A stretch of DNA of 63,058 nucleotides, counting the filler, from Rhabdomonas costata (Eukaryota), in NCBI GenBank assembly GCA_019059605.1. It is 42 parts of 42 records of this genome, joined end to end, with 100 filler letters (N's around TTAATTAATTAA, not from the genome) between each part and the next. Parts side by side here need not be neighbours in the genome. Positions count along the whole stretch, not along the records: positions 1 to 1,405 come from JAHMHO010016908.1; positions 1,506 to 2,910 come from JAHMHO010016909.1; positions 3,011 to 4,415 come from JAHMHO010016910.1; positions 4,516 to 5,920 come from JAHMHO010016911.1; positions 6,021 to 7,424 come from JAHMHO010016912.1; positions 7,525 to 8,929 come from JAHMHO010016913.1; positions 9,030 to 10,432 come from JAHMHO010016914.1; positions 10,533 to 11,936 come from JAHMHO010016915.1; 34 more parts are not named here. One strand, 5' to 3'. The notes under the pieces are model-generated. The model did not search any database and was not told the DNA's origin. It saw only the letters and a list, made by a program, of their open reading frames with translations. A program made the position numbers and the translations under genes. Numbering within the stretch: position 1 is the first letter of the stretch; every line of letters begins with the position of its first letter. Below, piece after piece: positions 1 through 12,497 of this stretch.

Positions 1-1405
1 GTTTGTTGTTCGTCACAAACAGAACAGTAGTATGATAACAGCGGAAGTTTTCTTTAACTGAGGAAGCGTCAAGCGGAAAGCGCCAGGGTACCGAGATAAA
101 GGCTCCCGTCACAGAGGCAGCTAATCCTCCCACACCCCATTCCAATTCGACCATCAGCCATCTTCAGCAGTGCAACAAAAACAGCGGGGAAGTGAGAAAA
201 CAGCTGTGCAACGCGTTTAAAAGTGGTTGTTGAGAAGAATTACGGTTAAGCCCATATCAAAACAGAGAAGGATGGGATAGAGGGTGAGGGACAGAAGGGC
301 GTGCGGGCACGGGTACGCACGGGTCGACGCAGTTCGTGTGGAAGAGGTGGCAGCAGTTCAGCCTCCGAACGTCCTCTCCGTCGCGGAAGGATTCCCGGCA
401 AATCACGCAGACCTACCCCGCAGGTTAGCGCCACCATGACCCCAATTAGTCAACTTGCAACATGAGCAGCACGGATTCTGTTCTAATTTACAGTAAAGGA
501 TGGAACGCGTGGGTTCAAAGTGGTTTCCCAGACCAAACGAAAAGGTGGAATGAAAGCTTCAACCGTCTAATGTGAGAGTGCACGGCAAAGCATGGGGTCA
601 ACACAAAGCAGACAAACCCTTGCATCCTCGGGCAAACCCTGCGCAGATGTCATCGCACTACGCAAGGAGAACATCTCGAAGCACGCCGGGTTGTGATTTC
701 TCCGGGCGGCTGAGAGCGGACGCACTCACCAAAATGCACCACAGGGTAGGAGGCCGTTGTATTTTCTTGGGAGGGGGGGAGGTTAACCTTTTAACATGGT
801 TTTAAACGTTTTTAACACCATAAAGCAAACAAACGTATTTGGAACCCAAGAAAAAAGGCACGTTCCCGCTTCATCCCTCATCGCTCATTCCACCACCTAG
901 CTTCCAGCCCAATATAATGTGGTCCCAATTAACTTGCAAAGTCCCAAAACACTGACGCCCCCTCCCCCTACAATCCCATGGGCAGGATTCCAAGTCCGCT
1001 GCGCAAGCGAGAGTGTTGCCCTCAGCATAAACTCGCAGTTTTGAGGACGGCGGGAACCTTCCTGGCTGGGCAATTGTTCGCTCGGACTTAGAGCGGATCA
1101 GTCTCATAGCTGACGGAACGAGTTTTTCTGATGTACCTTTTCCCAGAAGCGACAGCGTAGACCCGCGGACAGAGCGGGCACACCTCGGTCGTCATCAGAG
1201 AAGTCCGGCGCGCCGTCCTCTATACCACCGATCCCTGCAGCCCCACCCAAGATTTCAGCAGGGAAGGTCTCCGTGTCGTACTCGATGGCGGCCTGCAGCT
1301 CGGCGTCGATATCACTCCTCACAAAGGCCGCGAACTATGGGAAGCAGTGGCGGGTGAAGAGCAAGACCCCACAAAACAGTGCGTGTGGTTCAGCGAAACC
1401 CAAAA

Positions 1406-1505
1406 NNNNNNNNNNNNNNNNNNNNNNNNNNNNNNNNNNNNNNNNNNNNTTAATTAATTAANNNNNNNNNNNNNNNNNNNNNNNNNNNNNNNNNNNNNNN
1501 NNNNN
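1406..1505. other. Artificial contig spacer N44-TTAATTAATTAA-N44 (first of 41 copies, one every ~1.5 kb up to 61556-61655)
   Basis: An identical 100-bp block separates contigs of 1403-1405 bp (one, 51139-52534, is a few bases shorter). The 12-mer gives stop codons in all six frames. No synteny can be inferred across spacers. Confidence 0.99.
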
Positions 1506-1588
1506 TTGTGTTTTTTTGCGCTCTAAATAGGTGTGTGGGTGGACTTTGTCATGAAACCAATTGCATAATGTAATGCACCTCCAGAAAC

Positions 1589-2910
1589 TCATAATTTGGG
1601 ACGTTCACGGTTTGAAGTGCATTTTGGATCCAGTTGTGATGTGGACAGTGTTTTCGGGTTTGGATTCGTTTGCTGTGCCGCCGCGCCCCTCGAAGTCAGA
1701 GGCCACGGTTTTATTCCCATCCAAGTGTTTTGCATAGGCGAGGCTGGACGAGGCGCGAAAAGTGAATCGTTCACGGCTGGGGAGGTTGCCTGATTAAGAC
1801 AAGGCGATTATGTCAGTTTGGGTAGCGTTCGGCACGAAAGCGTGCGCACATAGACCCCGGAAAAACCACTTGGGGATGTAAGTGGCCACAGGACTCGCGG
1901 GAGGCATCCAAAAATTTTGCCTTATACCATCACGTGTTTTTGAGGGCCAACCCGTTGAAAATGAGAGGCCATTAGCGTGGTCGCTGCCAGGATGCCATTT
2001 AAGCTAAGAAGCGCTGAAACTGAATGGGAACCATGCATAGAAGTCAACCCGTGAGGTTGGATAGGCATTCATTCCTTCAAAAGAATAGTTCGTTCCAAGT
2101 GCATTGGCGCTAACCAAGACATATCGGTTCAACTGGTCCACTGAATCGAAGAACCGGTTCCACAGGTGCAGCACGTTCCGCCTCTTCTGGTGCTGCAGTC
2201 TGAATAGGTTTGCGCAGAAAGAAGAATTCCTCTGTGATGAAGGTCAGCTTGTGCATGGATACCAAGGGTGTGTAATTTTGTAATTGTGTTTCTTGTTCCG
2301 GGTCTTGTTGCGCAGCGTGGACTTCGCGTGGGTGTGGATACCGAGACCGGGCGCCAGCTGGTGCGTGATGGAGATGACGACGGCAGTCGGGTCAACGTTG
2401 TAGTGCGGCAGGATGATGTACGCCTGGCGCTATCTCCCCCTAATGGCCACGTCTGTTGCTGATTACGCTCGACTTACAGAATGGGGAATGATCAACAACT
2501 GCCTCGTGCCTGTGAGTAAGTCCACTTTGTTGCAGCAGAAAAGTTGTCACCAAACCAGTCGGCCGCCAATTTGCACAAGTGGCAGATGACGGGGTCAGCT
2601 TAGTCCGAAGATTTCGACAACACCACTTCGTGGCCAAGCCAACACCGGAGGAGAATTCCAAAGGTTTGAGGTTGTAGTTCGAATCAAATTGCTGGGGAGG
2701 GAACTACGCGGAGCCACGCGCCTACCAAGGCATCCCTGGGAGTGAGAGGTTGATCTGCCGGGCTAGCTCGTCAATTTCCTCCACATATATAGACCGGAGG
2801 AGGTGCACAGCACAGTTGCGAATGAATTCTGTAGATACAATTGGCACGCCAAGCACTTTAAAGCCCGCACCGCTCCTGCATCTGGACGACCCTCACGGTC
2901 TCCAGGGCGC
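1589..2910 (-). mobile_element. Degenerate CRE/SLACS-like non-LTR retrotransposon fragment
   Basis: The minus strand near 2870-2790 reads CGLKVLGVPIVSTEFIRN, matching the G-x-KVLGVPIG end-of-RT motif. Near 1760-1690 it reads PRPASPMQNTWMGIKPWPLTS, resembling a decayed RPAD...W..G restriction-like endonuclease motif. Many stops and frameshifts lie between. Confidence 0.55.
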
Positions 2911-5659
2911 NNNNNNNNNNNNNNNNNNNNNNNNNNNNNNNNNNNNNNNNNNNNTTAATTAATTAANNNNNNNNNNNNNNNNNNNNNNNNNNNNNNNNNN
3001 NNNNNNNNNNTGTTTGTTGTGATCTGTTTGTCCTTATTTATGCCCTTTCTATATCCCCCGGCGCCTTATGCCGCGGCGACGTCAAAGCATCAGCACTGTT
3101 CACCCAACGGTGGCACCAAATGGTACCCATGGCGCGTTGACCCCCGCCGTTGCGGCGAGGGAATAGATGGGGACCACCGTGCCCTTCTAAATCGGCGAGT
3201 TTGGATGGGATCCCTTCTTTTGCGCGTCCCGGTCGCACGGACGACGGCACGGTGGAAGGTATCAGGTTTTGCCAGCTGGCGGGCAAGGGCTTTGTTTGGT
3301 ATGTGCGTCGCGGGTAGAACCAATTTCCCGGAAATAAGCTGAAATCAAAGTGGCCCTAAGATGCCACGGCGGAAAAGCTCAATCAAAGCTTTGGGAAACA
3401 CTGCAATATACACAGAGTCCTCGAGGCGTTTGTTTTCACACCCGAAGTGTTGGTCTGGCTTTCGTCCAGGAGCACCGCAGGCAGCAATCCACCGCCATTA
3501 CAAAGTATTTTACGGTTTTGAGGGTCGAATATGACCCGAACCCGAACTTTGTGACATGAAGGGGAGAGCGAAAAACCAATTGCCTACCGGACCACTCTGT
3601 CGCTGTGCGGAAAGGGAACAGAAATGCTGACACACCGAAGAGTAACAAAGAGCACGTCCAGCAGTTTCCGGCAGAAAGGCGTGGTTTAGCAGCCAATAAC
3701 AGGGGTCACCTCTCGGGCCCATCAGGCCGACGAGTCAGGCTAAGCGCAAAGGCCCGCAACACCACGGACAGGACCCCCGAGTAGAAGAACCACACGGGGA
3801 AACACGCCATGCGGAAGAACGGACATACAACGAAAATAACTCATGAGGACAAAACAGAGAGGTGCATTCCTTGACAAGAGAGAGAAAGGCACGAAGGCAC
3901 ATCCAGAGAGCAGCATCAGAAAGCCCAATCAGGCGAAGAAGGAGAGATGCCAGCACATGGGGTGCGTAGCATGACCGGGCCTTTGATTAAGAGAACCTTA
4001 ATCAAAGGCTAGTCGCTAGAGAAACCCTCCTTCCTTCCTTCCCAAAAATCAACAATGGTCAGCCACGGGGAGACGGGAAGGGGTGTGATGCTGCGTGCGC
4101 AGGATAGCGCGCATGAGCTCACAGGCTCACCTCCCACACTCCCCACAGGTGTCGGGAAGTTGGTTCACAGCAACCAAATTCCACCGGGCTGCACTTAGGC
4201 TTAGTCTTCGTCGTCAGAGCTCTCGTTGCCGCGGAAATAGGAGATCTGGGCGGTGTTGTCCAGGGCTTGGGAGGCCTGCCACCACCAGCGGAGATAAAAA
4301 ACGAAAGCGCAAGAGGGAAAACGGATCGACGGAGGGGTTGAAGGGTGAGGTATCTTTGTAGCCCTCCAAAGGATTCAAACTTTTCTCTGTGTGCTCTTTC
4401 TCTGTCACAAACAACNNNNNNNNNNNNNNNNNNNNNNNNNNNNNNNNNNNNNNNNNNNNTTAATTAATTAANNNNNNNNNNNNNNNNNNNNNNNNNNNNN
4501 NNNNNNNNNNNNNNNTTGTTGTTGGGGTGAGAATTTGGAAAGGACAGCCGAAAAAAAACGGAGGTAAGTGTGGCCAAAAGATTGCGCATGCAATTAGAAG
4601 TTTCACATAGAAACAAAAAAGCGTTTTAGACAAGCTACAGACTCGAACACTGCCTAATCAATGCCTTTTCATGCAAGGAAACAAATTGGGAATTCGCTCT
4701 TACCCTTTGCTCTTACTAAAGAGAACCTTGCTTCCACGTGAAGACGGACGAGCAGCCTCGTCCGTGTCGTCCGAAAGATTTAGCGAAGAATGGGGCGAAT
4801 CGCTGGTCATCTCAACACACAACAGAAACCAGAAATGCTGCAACTGCTGTGAAATTCAAAGTTCACGCCCAGGTTGATGTAACATGCATGAACACCACTC
4901 ACTTTCTCCCCACTGTTGAAGAACGCTGATAATGCTGCAGTAAACGACGTTTTTTTTCGCAGTATGCGGGAAAAACGACCTGTCCTGGGGGGGAACCCAC
5001 CGCACCTGTCCTTTCAAAAGAACCTGTCGGCGTCTCTGTGGAATCAGACTGAAAAGATTCATGAACCAAGAAATGTAGATAAGGTAAAAACATCTCTTCC
5101 AATTGCACCAGCTCACTCTCCTATACCACTTTCCTGCTTCCCTTTCGGCGTGGGTGGTTCGTTGTAAAGTTCGTTGTGGGTGGCTGTCGTAACTCGGGTG
5201 CGTGGGGCAAGAAGCGGCGCAAAATGGAACGAAAGAGCCTCCAAGTGGCACCACCACCGGCAGAGGATGAAATCGGGACTCTCCTGACTCCAAGGACCGC
5301 CCACTCAGCGTTTCGGGAGGCCGCTGTATATTCAAAAGACCCCAGGCCTCCTTCGTCTTAGCCCCCAAAATGTAAAAAAAAGTCTATTCTACCATTTGTA
5401 TGAAATACGTCAGCAAGTTTTCTTCGTTTCAATGGGAAATTAAAAGTAAGGAAAATAAGAAATTCGTTTTTCTGGAACTTTGTGTAATCGTGATTGGAAT
5501 TCCTTTTCTTTTGCGGCGGCAATTTACACGAACCCCTCAAATAGCAGTGCCGCTTCATTATCATCAGCGGCTTTCATGCAGCTCATCAGATACTTCTCAA
5601 AGTGATTTTTTAACAGTAAAGGTCACGGAACCGTGGAACAAGACAAGAGCAGCACCGTT

Positions 5660-5920
5660 CTGGGTCTTATGTGGGCCCACCCACCCACTTCGAGGACTTC
5701 TGCACAAAGAGATTAGCCGGGTTGGAGGGTTTCTTGGATCGGCTGGATGCATTAGACTGTCCGCAAACCTCCTTGCTTCTACTGCGTTCGTGCCTGGGGG
5801 CGTGCAAACTTTCCTACGCGGCACGGACAATCCCTTTCGCCCTGCTTGAGCCCGCTTTGCGCACTTGCTCATCCTTTGTTCGCGACGAGCTGTGCCAATG
5901 TCTCGGGTCTCCCATATCGG
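5660..5920 (+). mobile_element. CRE/SLACS-like non-LTR retrotransposon, RT thumb region
   Basis: GPPTHFEDFCTKRLAGLEGFLDRLDALDCPQTSLLLLRSCLGACKLSYAARTIP matches the Q.ALLLLR.C...KL.Y..RT.P pattern of CRE-clade elements. Runs off the contig end. Confidence 0.7.
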
Positions 5921-6054
5921 NNNNNNNNNNNNNNNNNNNNNNNNNNNNNNNNNNNNNNNNNNNNTTAATTAATTAANNNNNNNNNNNNNNNNNNNNNNNN
6001 NNNNNNNNNNNNNNNNNNNNGGGTGGGGGGGGGACGCCGTCCGTCGGTGCATAC

Positions 6055-7087
6055 ATCAGCAAAGGTCTGGTCCTGGCCCCAGAGGGTGAGCAGGGATCCT
6101 GGGGGAAGCGGGGGGCGCACGATGAGCACCCCGCGTTCCCCGGGCTGGGTGGGCTCCCCGCGCTCCGTGACCACGGCGCAGTTCCACCCGAATGTGGGCT
6201 TCGAGGCGGAGCCCGGCTTGATCGGGAAGGTCTCCAGGCCCTTGTGGTTGGTGATCATCGGCCACCCTGTTTGGATTTTGCGTTCATTGGAGAGAAAGCG
6301 CGGTCCTCTAGAAGAAGAACAAGAAGAAAAAGAAGCTCGACCACGCGAAGAACAGCGACAGCCGGCACCCGTCCATGACGCCATCCTCAACCATGGGGTG
6401 GGTCATCGTGCTGCTGATGTGCGTGCCCGTGCTGTTGGCGCTCCTGCTGGGCGTCAAGCCCCGTGCTGTTCGCGCCTGCTCTGACATAGGTGTGGATCTG
6501 CTCCACCCCTCCTCCCCCGTGCTGCTCCACCACAACGAAAACGCAAAGACGAAGGGGAACCGTCACCAGCTGCATGGCACTGTGCGTCACCACAGGTTCA
6601 GTAAATAGTGCAGCACCATTTCAAATGCATCCCATAAAAAAGGAGCCCTGTCAAAAATGTACAGAAGCTAAACGTTTAACGCCCCCCCTCCCCACACAAA
6701 AAAATACAAGAGAGTCCCAGCGAAACTTGAGATGACAGCAGGGAAGGGTCAACACACACCTATTTTGGGATTTGGGGAAGGGTCACACACACACACACAC
6801 ACCGCTCTCGGTCTGCCAATAGTGGTCGATCACCTCCACGCCCAGCGCCGCGGTGGCCCAGGCGTGGGTAGGCTCGTCCAGGGGCTCCCCGGCCAGGAAG
6901 AGGTGCCTCAGGCTGGACAGGTCCGCGCCGCACCCCCGAGGCCCTTGGGCCTCGGGGAACTTCCGCAGCACTCGCATCGCCGTGGGCGCGGAGAACATCA
7001 CCGTTACCCCGAGGCGCTCCACCAGCGACCACCACACCGTTGGGGTGGGGTAGTCCGGAGTCCCCTCAAACAGCACCGCGGTGATAC
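6055..7087 (-). CDS. prpE: Propionyl-CoA/acetyl-CoA synthetase (PrpE/ACSS3-like), two internal exons
   Basis: Exons 7087-6803 and 6266-6055 join in frame across GT-AG intron 6802-6267: LFEGTPDYP...FSAPTAMRVLRK...LFLAGEPLD...IDHYWQTESGWPMI...KPGSASKP...PLPPG. Confidence 0.92.
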
Positions 7088-7618
7088 CTTGGCGGGGAAG
7101 GGGGGGGGGTAGACGGTGGCAAGGTGACAGCAAGGAAAAAGCTTGCTCCTTCTCCTATTCGTCCATAGACTGCATCATGATGACGATGATCAAGCAGTCT
7201 TTTGATCATAAGGACTGCATCCGCACCAATCCCCATCATGTCCGCCATCCTCACCTGGTCTCTCATTTTCCACAATGGATCCAACTGTGTGAGTTTCTTT
7301 TTTTCTTCTTCCAGGAGTGCTCCAGCGGCCTCGGGAGATGCATCGACAATCAGGGGTTCGCACCGCAAAAGGGTGGAGGTGTCTTCCCCCTAGCCTCTGG
7401 GTGACTTTGGGGTCCCCAGCCCGGNNNNNNNNNNNNNNNNNNNNNNNNNNNNNNNNNNNNNNNNNNNNTTAATTAATTAANNNNNNNNNNNNNNNNNNNN
7501 NNNNNNNNNNNNNNNNNNNNNNNNTGTTGTGTGGTAAGGGTCAAAGGGGTCAAAGGCAGCCATCAAAGGCTCCTCTAGTTTGAGCTGCTTTGAGGTTGTT
7601 CTTGCTTCTTGCACTCAG

Positions 7619-8888
7619 GTGGCCTGTGCAGACGTGCGGGTGCCCATCCCTTTGGAGGAGTTCCAGCTGCAGTTCCCCAACAACACCCACTTCGAGCCGG
7701 AGATCTTTCCAGGCCTGGTCTCCTGAACTCCTCTTTTTCTCCCTGCCTTTTTTTCGGACGACCATGATTCAGTCCCCTCACGCTAATGCAGCACACGTTT
7801 CAGCTCTTGCTGGCAGCGCGCTTTGAGCAGCCACGGAGGACCTGCCCGAAGGTTGGTTACTGTGTTGATCGTGCCCCAAATAAGTTGTTTTAGGGGTTCA
7901 TTAAAGTTCACTGGCCCACCACCGCCTCCCGAGACCAAGAACCTTGGAACACGGATCGCGAGTCACAGGGTGACATACTGTGATGTGGCATGTGTGGACA
8001 CCTGCGGTTTTGGGGGCTTGCGGTGATGTCAGGTGTTCCGCCTGCAGCAGCCCCACTGCGCGTGTGTGCTGTTCTGCTCGGGGAAAGTCGTGGTGACTGG
8101 GGTGAAGGTACGCTGCTCTTCTCTTGGTGACTGAATTAGACGAAGGAGTGAGTTGTAATGTAAATAGGTGTCCTCCTTCCGAATGAGCGTTTGTACCCAT
8201 TTGTTTCGGAAGCTTTTTATGTTCGCCCCGCAATACCAAGATGAAAGTATTGCCGGAGGAAAAGGAGGTAAAATAGAATTCAGACGTGCACGGATAATGC
8301 GGGGGCGACTGAGTGTTTGAATCTCTGTTGCTTTGATATCTCATTTGAGAAGCATTGCAAGGGTTTTCATCGTTCGGTGTTTGATTTTTGAGGTTGCTAA
8401 TCATCTGTTTTTGAGGTCTTCGAGTTTTTCCGAAGGGACTTGAGACGAAATTCCCAATTTAGAATATTAAGACAGAACTGAAGGCCGGCCCGCGTGCCAG
8501 CATGATTTATTGAAAACAAGAAAAGCAAAGAAAAAATCTGCCACCTTAACTCAAGGGCCGGGGTGTTTCAAGAAGAAGAAAAAACAGAAAGCCCCTTAAA
8601 AAAGGCGAACGGAATGACTCGTTGAATCCGTCTTTTGTTTCGGACCCTATCAGGCCGACACGAATGCCACTGATAACAGTGCGTAAACCGCACTTCACCA
8701 GCACACAGCACAGGCCTCACCCCCCACACCGCTGGCCCCTTCCCATTTGCAGTCCATGGGCGATGCCGAGGCGGCTCTGCGGCAAGTCTTCGCCGCGGTG
8801 CAGGCCGTGAAGGTTGACCTGGAGGAGTTCCAACCCGTGGACCCCGTCCGCCACGCCGCCGCGTTACGAGCCCGTCGGGCCAGGGAAG
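7619..8888 (+). CDS. TATA-binding-protein family factor (second core repeat plus C-terminal extension)
   Basis: Exons 7619-7717, 8033-8107 and 8753-~8888 splice in phase 0: VACADVRVPIPLEEFQLQFPNNTHFEPEIFPGL-VFRLQQPHCACVLFCSGKVVVTGVK-SMGDAEAALRQVFAAV, matching TBP repeat 2 (YEPELFPGLIYRM...LIFVSGKVVLTGAK). Confidence 0.88.
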
Positions 8889-11266
8889 GCAAGCTCGAGC
8901 CAATGCCCCGGCCCGCCCTCCACCCCACCNNNNNNNNNNNNNNNNNNNNNNNNNNNNNNNNNNNNNNNNNNNNTTAATTAATTAANNNNNNNNNNNNNNN
9001 NNNNNNNNNNNNNNNNNNNNNNNNNNNNNGTGGTGGGGGGGGGACTACGACGGGATCAGAAGGGCAGCACAGGGCGGCAATACGGCAAGTGGGGAACAGA
9101 AAGGAGAGAGTAAGTCCGTAATGTTAGTGTCTGAGGGTTTGTCTGCGTGTGTGGAGTGTGGGGCCGACAGAGGGGCTGCAGCACAAAGGAGGCAAGAGGC
9201 GTTCCCCAAGAGGCTTGGGTGCTTGGGGGCCCAACCCCTGCTCAGCCACTATTTTAACTGAGGTTGATTCAAGGTACAACCATACGGCGGGCATCAGATC
9301 CGTAGCGTTGCGGCGTGGGTGCTTGCGATGCGGCGGATAAGAAGATCACGTTCTGAAACTCATTGGGAGTTTCCAACTGAAGCCCCGGGAACGCACTAAA
9401 ACTACTTATCGACCTGCCTACCCACCTACCTATCTACTTATGTATCGCGGGATCTTAGAATCAGCCTGCTTGAAAACGACGCCGATTCTTTCTGGTCTGG
9501 CGACTCCAATATACGACATTGCTCTAAGTTTTGGGGTGCAACTTCCACAGCTCGAAAACAAAGTCGAAATCGCACAAACGTCAATTTTGCGGAAACCAAT
9601 CTGTGGAACCGTAGCCATTCCGTACCCCCTCCATATTAAAAAGGAGACTGCCATGTGTATCCCACCCGCGTCGAGGTCATGAAACACAATGCAACGGCAA
9701 CACGCAAGACCATTGGAACACTCTGGAAATCCAGGGGATCTGCAGTGTTCAGGCCAGGAATGGACGGTGAGAATGAGAAAGCAAGCGCAACCATCTGCAC
9801 CACCACTTTCACTGCGGGAGCTTTTGCTTACGCGGATGAGCGATGGGACACAGAAAAGGGAGAGAGGGCCCACAAAAAGCAACCCCCCCCCTAAAACCAA
9901 CGCAACAATGCACAACACAAGAAGGGAAAAGAGGTTATGACTCCAACCGCGGCGCTAGTGGCATGCAGAGCGTGCCTCCCGAAACGCCACTCAGCCGGAG
10001 AGCGGTGCACCACGGTAGTGAATGCGTCCCGCGATCGAGAAGACAGGGAAGACAGGAACGACGATCAGCCCCCGGGGCCAACCCAAAGCAAAAGCAAAAA
10101 GGTATCGTAATGGGCTCATAGTGTACACGAGCAGGTGAAGGCCCCCGGGAAATGGTTCACGAGAGCGGTGAACGCATGCAGTGGGAACAAAGAAAAGGGC
10201 TACAACACAAAAAAGGGCACAACGGACAGCACTGCGCAAAAAGCTGCTCGTGAGAGACGGAATGAGTGCGCGAAGGCCAGGGAAGCGGTAAAGCTGATCC
10301 TAGGTTCGCGCAGTTGGAGGAATTGCCGCAAAGCGTGTCAAGAGACAAAGAACCACCAACGGTACAGTCCCGACGCACCCGAAAACAGCGATGACCAAAG
10401 AGATACATATTTAGCAAGGCAGAAGAAGAAGANNNNNNNNNNNNNNNNNNNNNNNNNNNNNNNNNNNNNNNNNNNNTTAATTAATTAANNNNNNNNNNNN
10501 NNNNNNNNNNNNNNNNNNNNNNNNNNNNNNNNGTGGTGGGTGTGTTTGGGTGGTGTTGGGGAGCAAGCAGTTTTTCCCGGACTGGTGAAAACGGATCGTG
10601 AATTCCTACAAATATGGTAATCTCGGGAACAAAGGAATCATTTCGCTGCCCCAACCCCTGGGCCTCATACGGCGCCGCTTAATGCTGCAATGTTTGCACT
10701 TGAGAGGAAGGCATCCACAACATGTCCATAATCCCTCATCATCCCTTGTTGCGAATAGGATGTTGAGCCCCTTGGAATAGTAACCGTCGGATGTCTCGCT
10801 AATGTTGCAGTGAACAAGTGCTGGGTGCTTGGGGAGCTTCCAAGCTTTGCTGCAGAACAGCCGCTGAACTTGCGATTGTCTGAGGTCGCGATGTGGCAAC
10901 CGTGTGCACATGGTGCCTGGTTTGCTTTCTTCGAAGCAAGTTCTCTCTTTCCCGACCGGGCATTTTTCGCATTCGCTTCGCAATTCAGATGTTATCGGCA
11001 TCTAGTAATTGCGCAAGAACGCTCGCCGTGGTCGCAATCCTTTCATTCAAAAGCTATTTCCCACCCCCCATGTCAGGTTGCTTGCTATAATGGTTTTCAT
11101 TAGGTTGGTACACGCACTCAAGCAAGGACAAGAAAGGACCATTAAGTGACTGCCTGCCTCTTTTTTGTTCAAGCCGCTCTTCTGTGTGAAGGACTCTTGA
11201 CGCTGGACATTGACCTGGTGAACTGTGTTTCCATTGGTCAGGGCTACTTTCTGCTTTTTGCGCTCT

Positions 11267-11548
11267 ATGGCGAGCCCTGCTACCGCTCTTCTGGTGGTGG
11301 ACATGCAGCGCGACTTTCTGGAGCCCGACGCCCCACTGTGCGTCGCCGGAGGTCTGTCGTGCCTCCCCAAGGTCGTCGAGGCCGTGGATTTCGCGAGGTC
11401 CCGCCAGCTGCCCATCTTCTGGGTGGTGCGCGAGAACGACCCCTCGGGCATCGATGCGGAGGTGACCCGGCAGCACCTCTTCGCCACCCCGGGTGCCCGG
11501 TACTGTGTCCGGGGCACCCGCGGGGCGGAGATGGTTGAGCCCCTGCAG
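11267..11548 (+). CDS. Isochorismatase/nicotinamidase-family cysteine hydrolase, first coding exon
   Basis: MASPATALLVVDMQRDFL...IFWVVREND...CVRGTRGAEMVEPLQ, then donor GTTTGG. Confidence 0.9.
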
Positions 11549-12352
11549 GTTTGGTTTGGATGCGTTCCGCAGGGACCACGCTTCCTTTTTGCTTCAGATC
11601 CGGACACCCTGAGTACTAATGCCAGTGAGGCAGCAGCCAAAACTCGCCAGTCAAGGACTCAGTTTCAGCCGAAGGCATGCTTGAGGAAAGATCATCAAGG
11701 AGACTCTCGCATCCTCCGTGCTGTTCAGCGCAGTTGCATTGCTATGTAACGCTCTGAGTAAATTACCTGTGCGGCAATAGCCCTCGTTTTCACTTTCGTT
11801 TCGGCTCACAAAATTGGGTGATGTATGTGCTGGTGCTGTGGTGACATTTGCTGGTGTTGGTGTTCCCTGTCCTCATGCCTCAGTAGGTAAGTGAGTTTTA
11901 CCTTTTGATACACCACACGCATGCGCGGAGACAACGNNNNNNNNNNNNNNNNNNNNNNNNNNNNNNNNNNNNNNNNNNNNTTAATTAATTAANNNNNNNN
12001 NNNNNNNNNNNNNNNNNNNNNNNNNNNNNNNNNNNNGGTGGGTTGGGCAACTGCCATGGAACTCGGAAAAGTGCGCTTACTTTTTTTTTTAGCAGTTTCA
12101 AAATAAAAACTAAAGCAGGTAAGTAAGAACTTACGGTTTGGCGGTAAAAACAGAATATCCGAAGCCGAAATAGGCGAGCGATTGAAAGTCATATTGGAAT
12201 CTTCTCCTTGGAGTGTTACTTACTTTAAGACTCGCTAATTCAGGTCGAAAAGCAAAAGGCAGCCAAGGTGCCCAGCCCCGTCCCGTGGCAATGGAGAGTA
12301 GTTTTTATTTCTGAGTGGCGACGGAGGGAAGTGATGGGTGGGGATACCACAG

Positions 12353-12497
12353 GCCTTTGCCAGGGTTGCGGGCCTGGAGCTGGCGAACAACAGCGCACAG
12401 CTGCACGGTCCCCTGGCAGGGAAGAAGCGAACGGCGTCGATGAAGATGCTAAGTGTGGCCGAGGCAAAGGCCATGACGGCCGAGGCGTCACGAATTG
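12353..12497 (+). CDS. Hypothetical protein, internal exon
   Basis: CAG acceptor, GC3-rich frame AFARVAGLELANNSAQLHGPLAGKKRTASMKMLSVAEAKAMTAEASRI, GT donor. No family recognised. Confidence 0.5.

Noticed and set aside
1450-1461. TTAATTAATTAA recurring every ~1.5 kb as a repeat array or regulatory site
   Set aside because: It is always centred in N44 padding, so it is an artificial joiner. ORFs ending in X...LIN are artefacts.
10533-10560. G/T-rich contig starts as telomeric repeats
   Set aside because: There is no regular TTAGGG-type unit, they occur on most contigs, and they match amplification primer composition.
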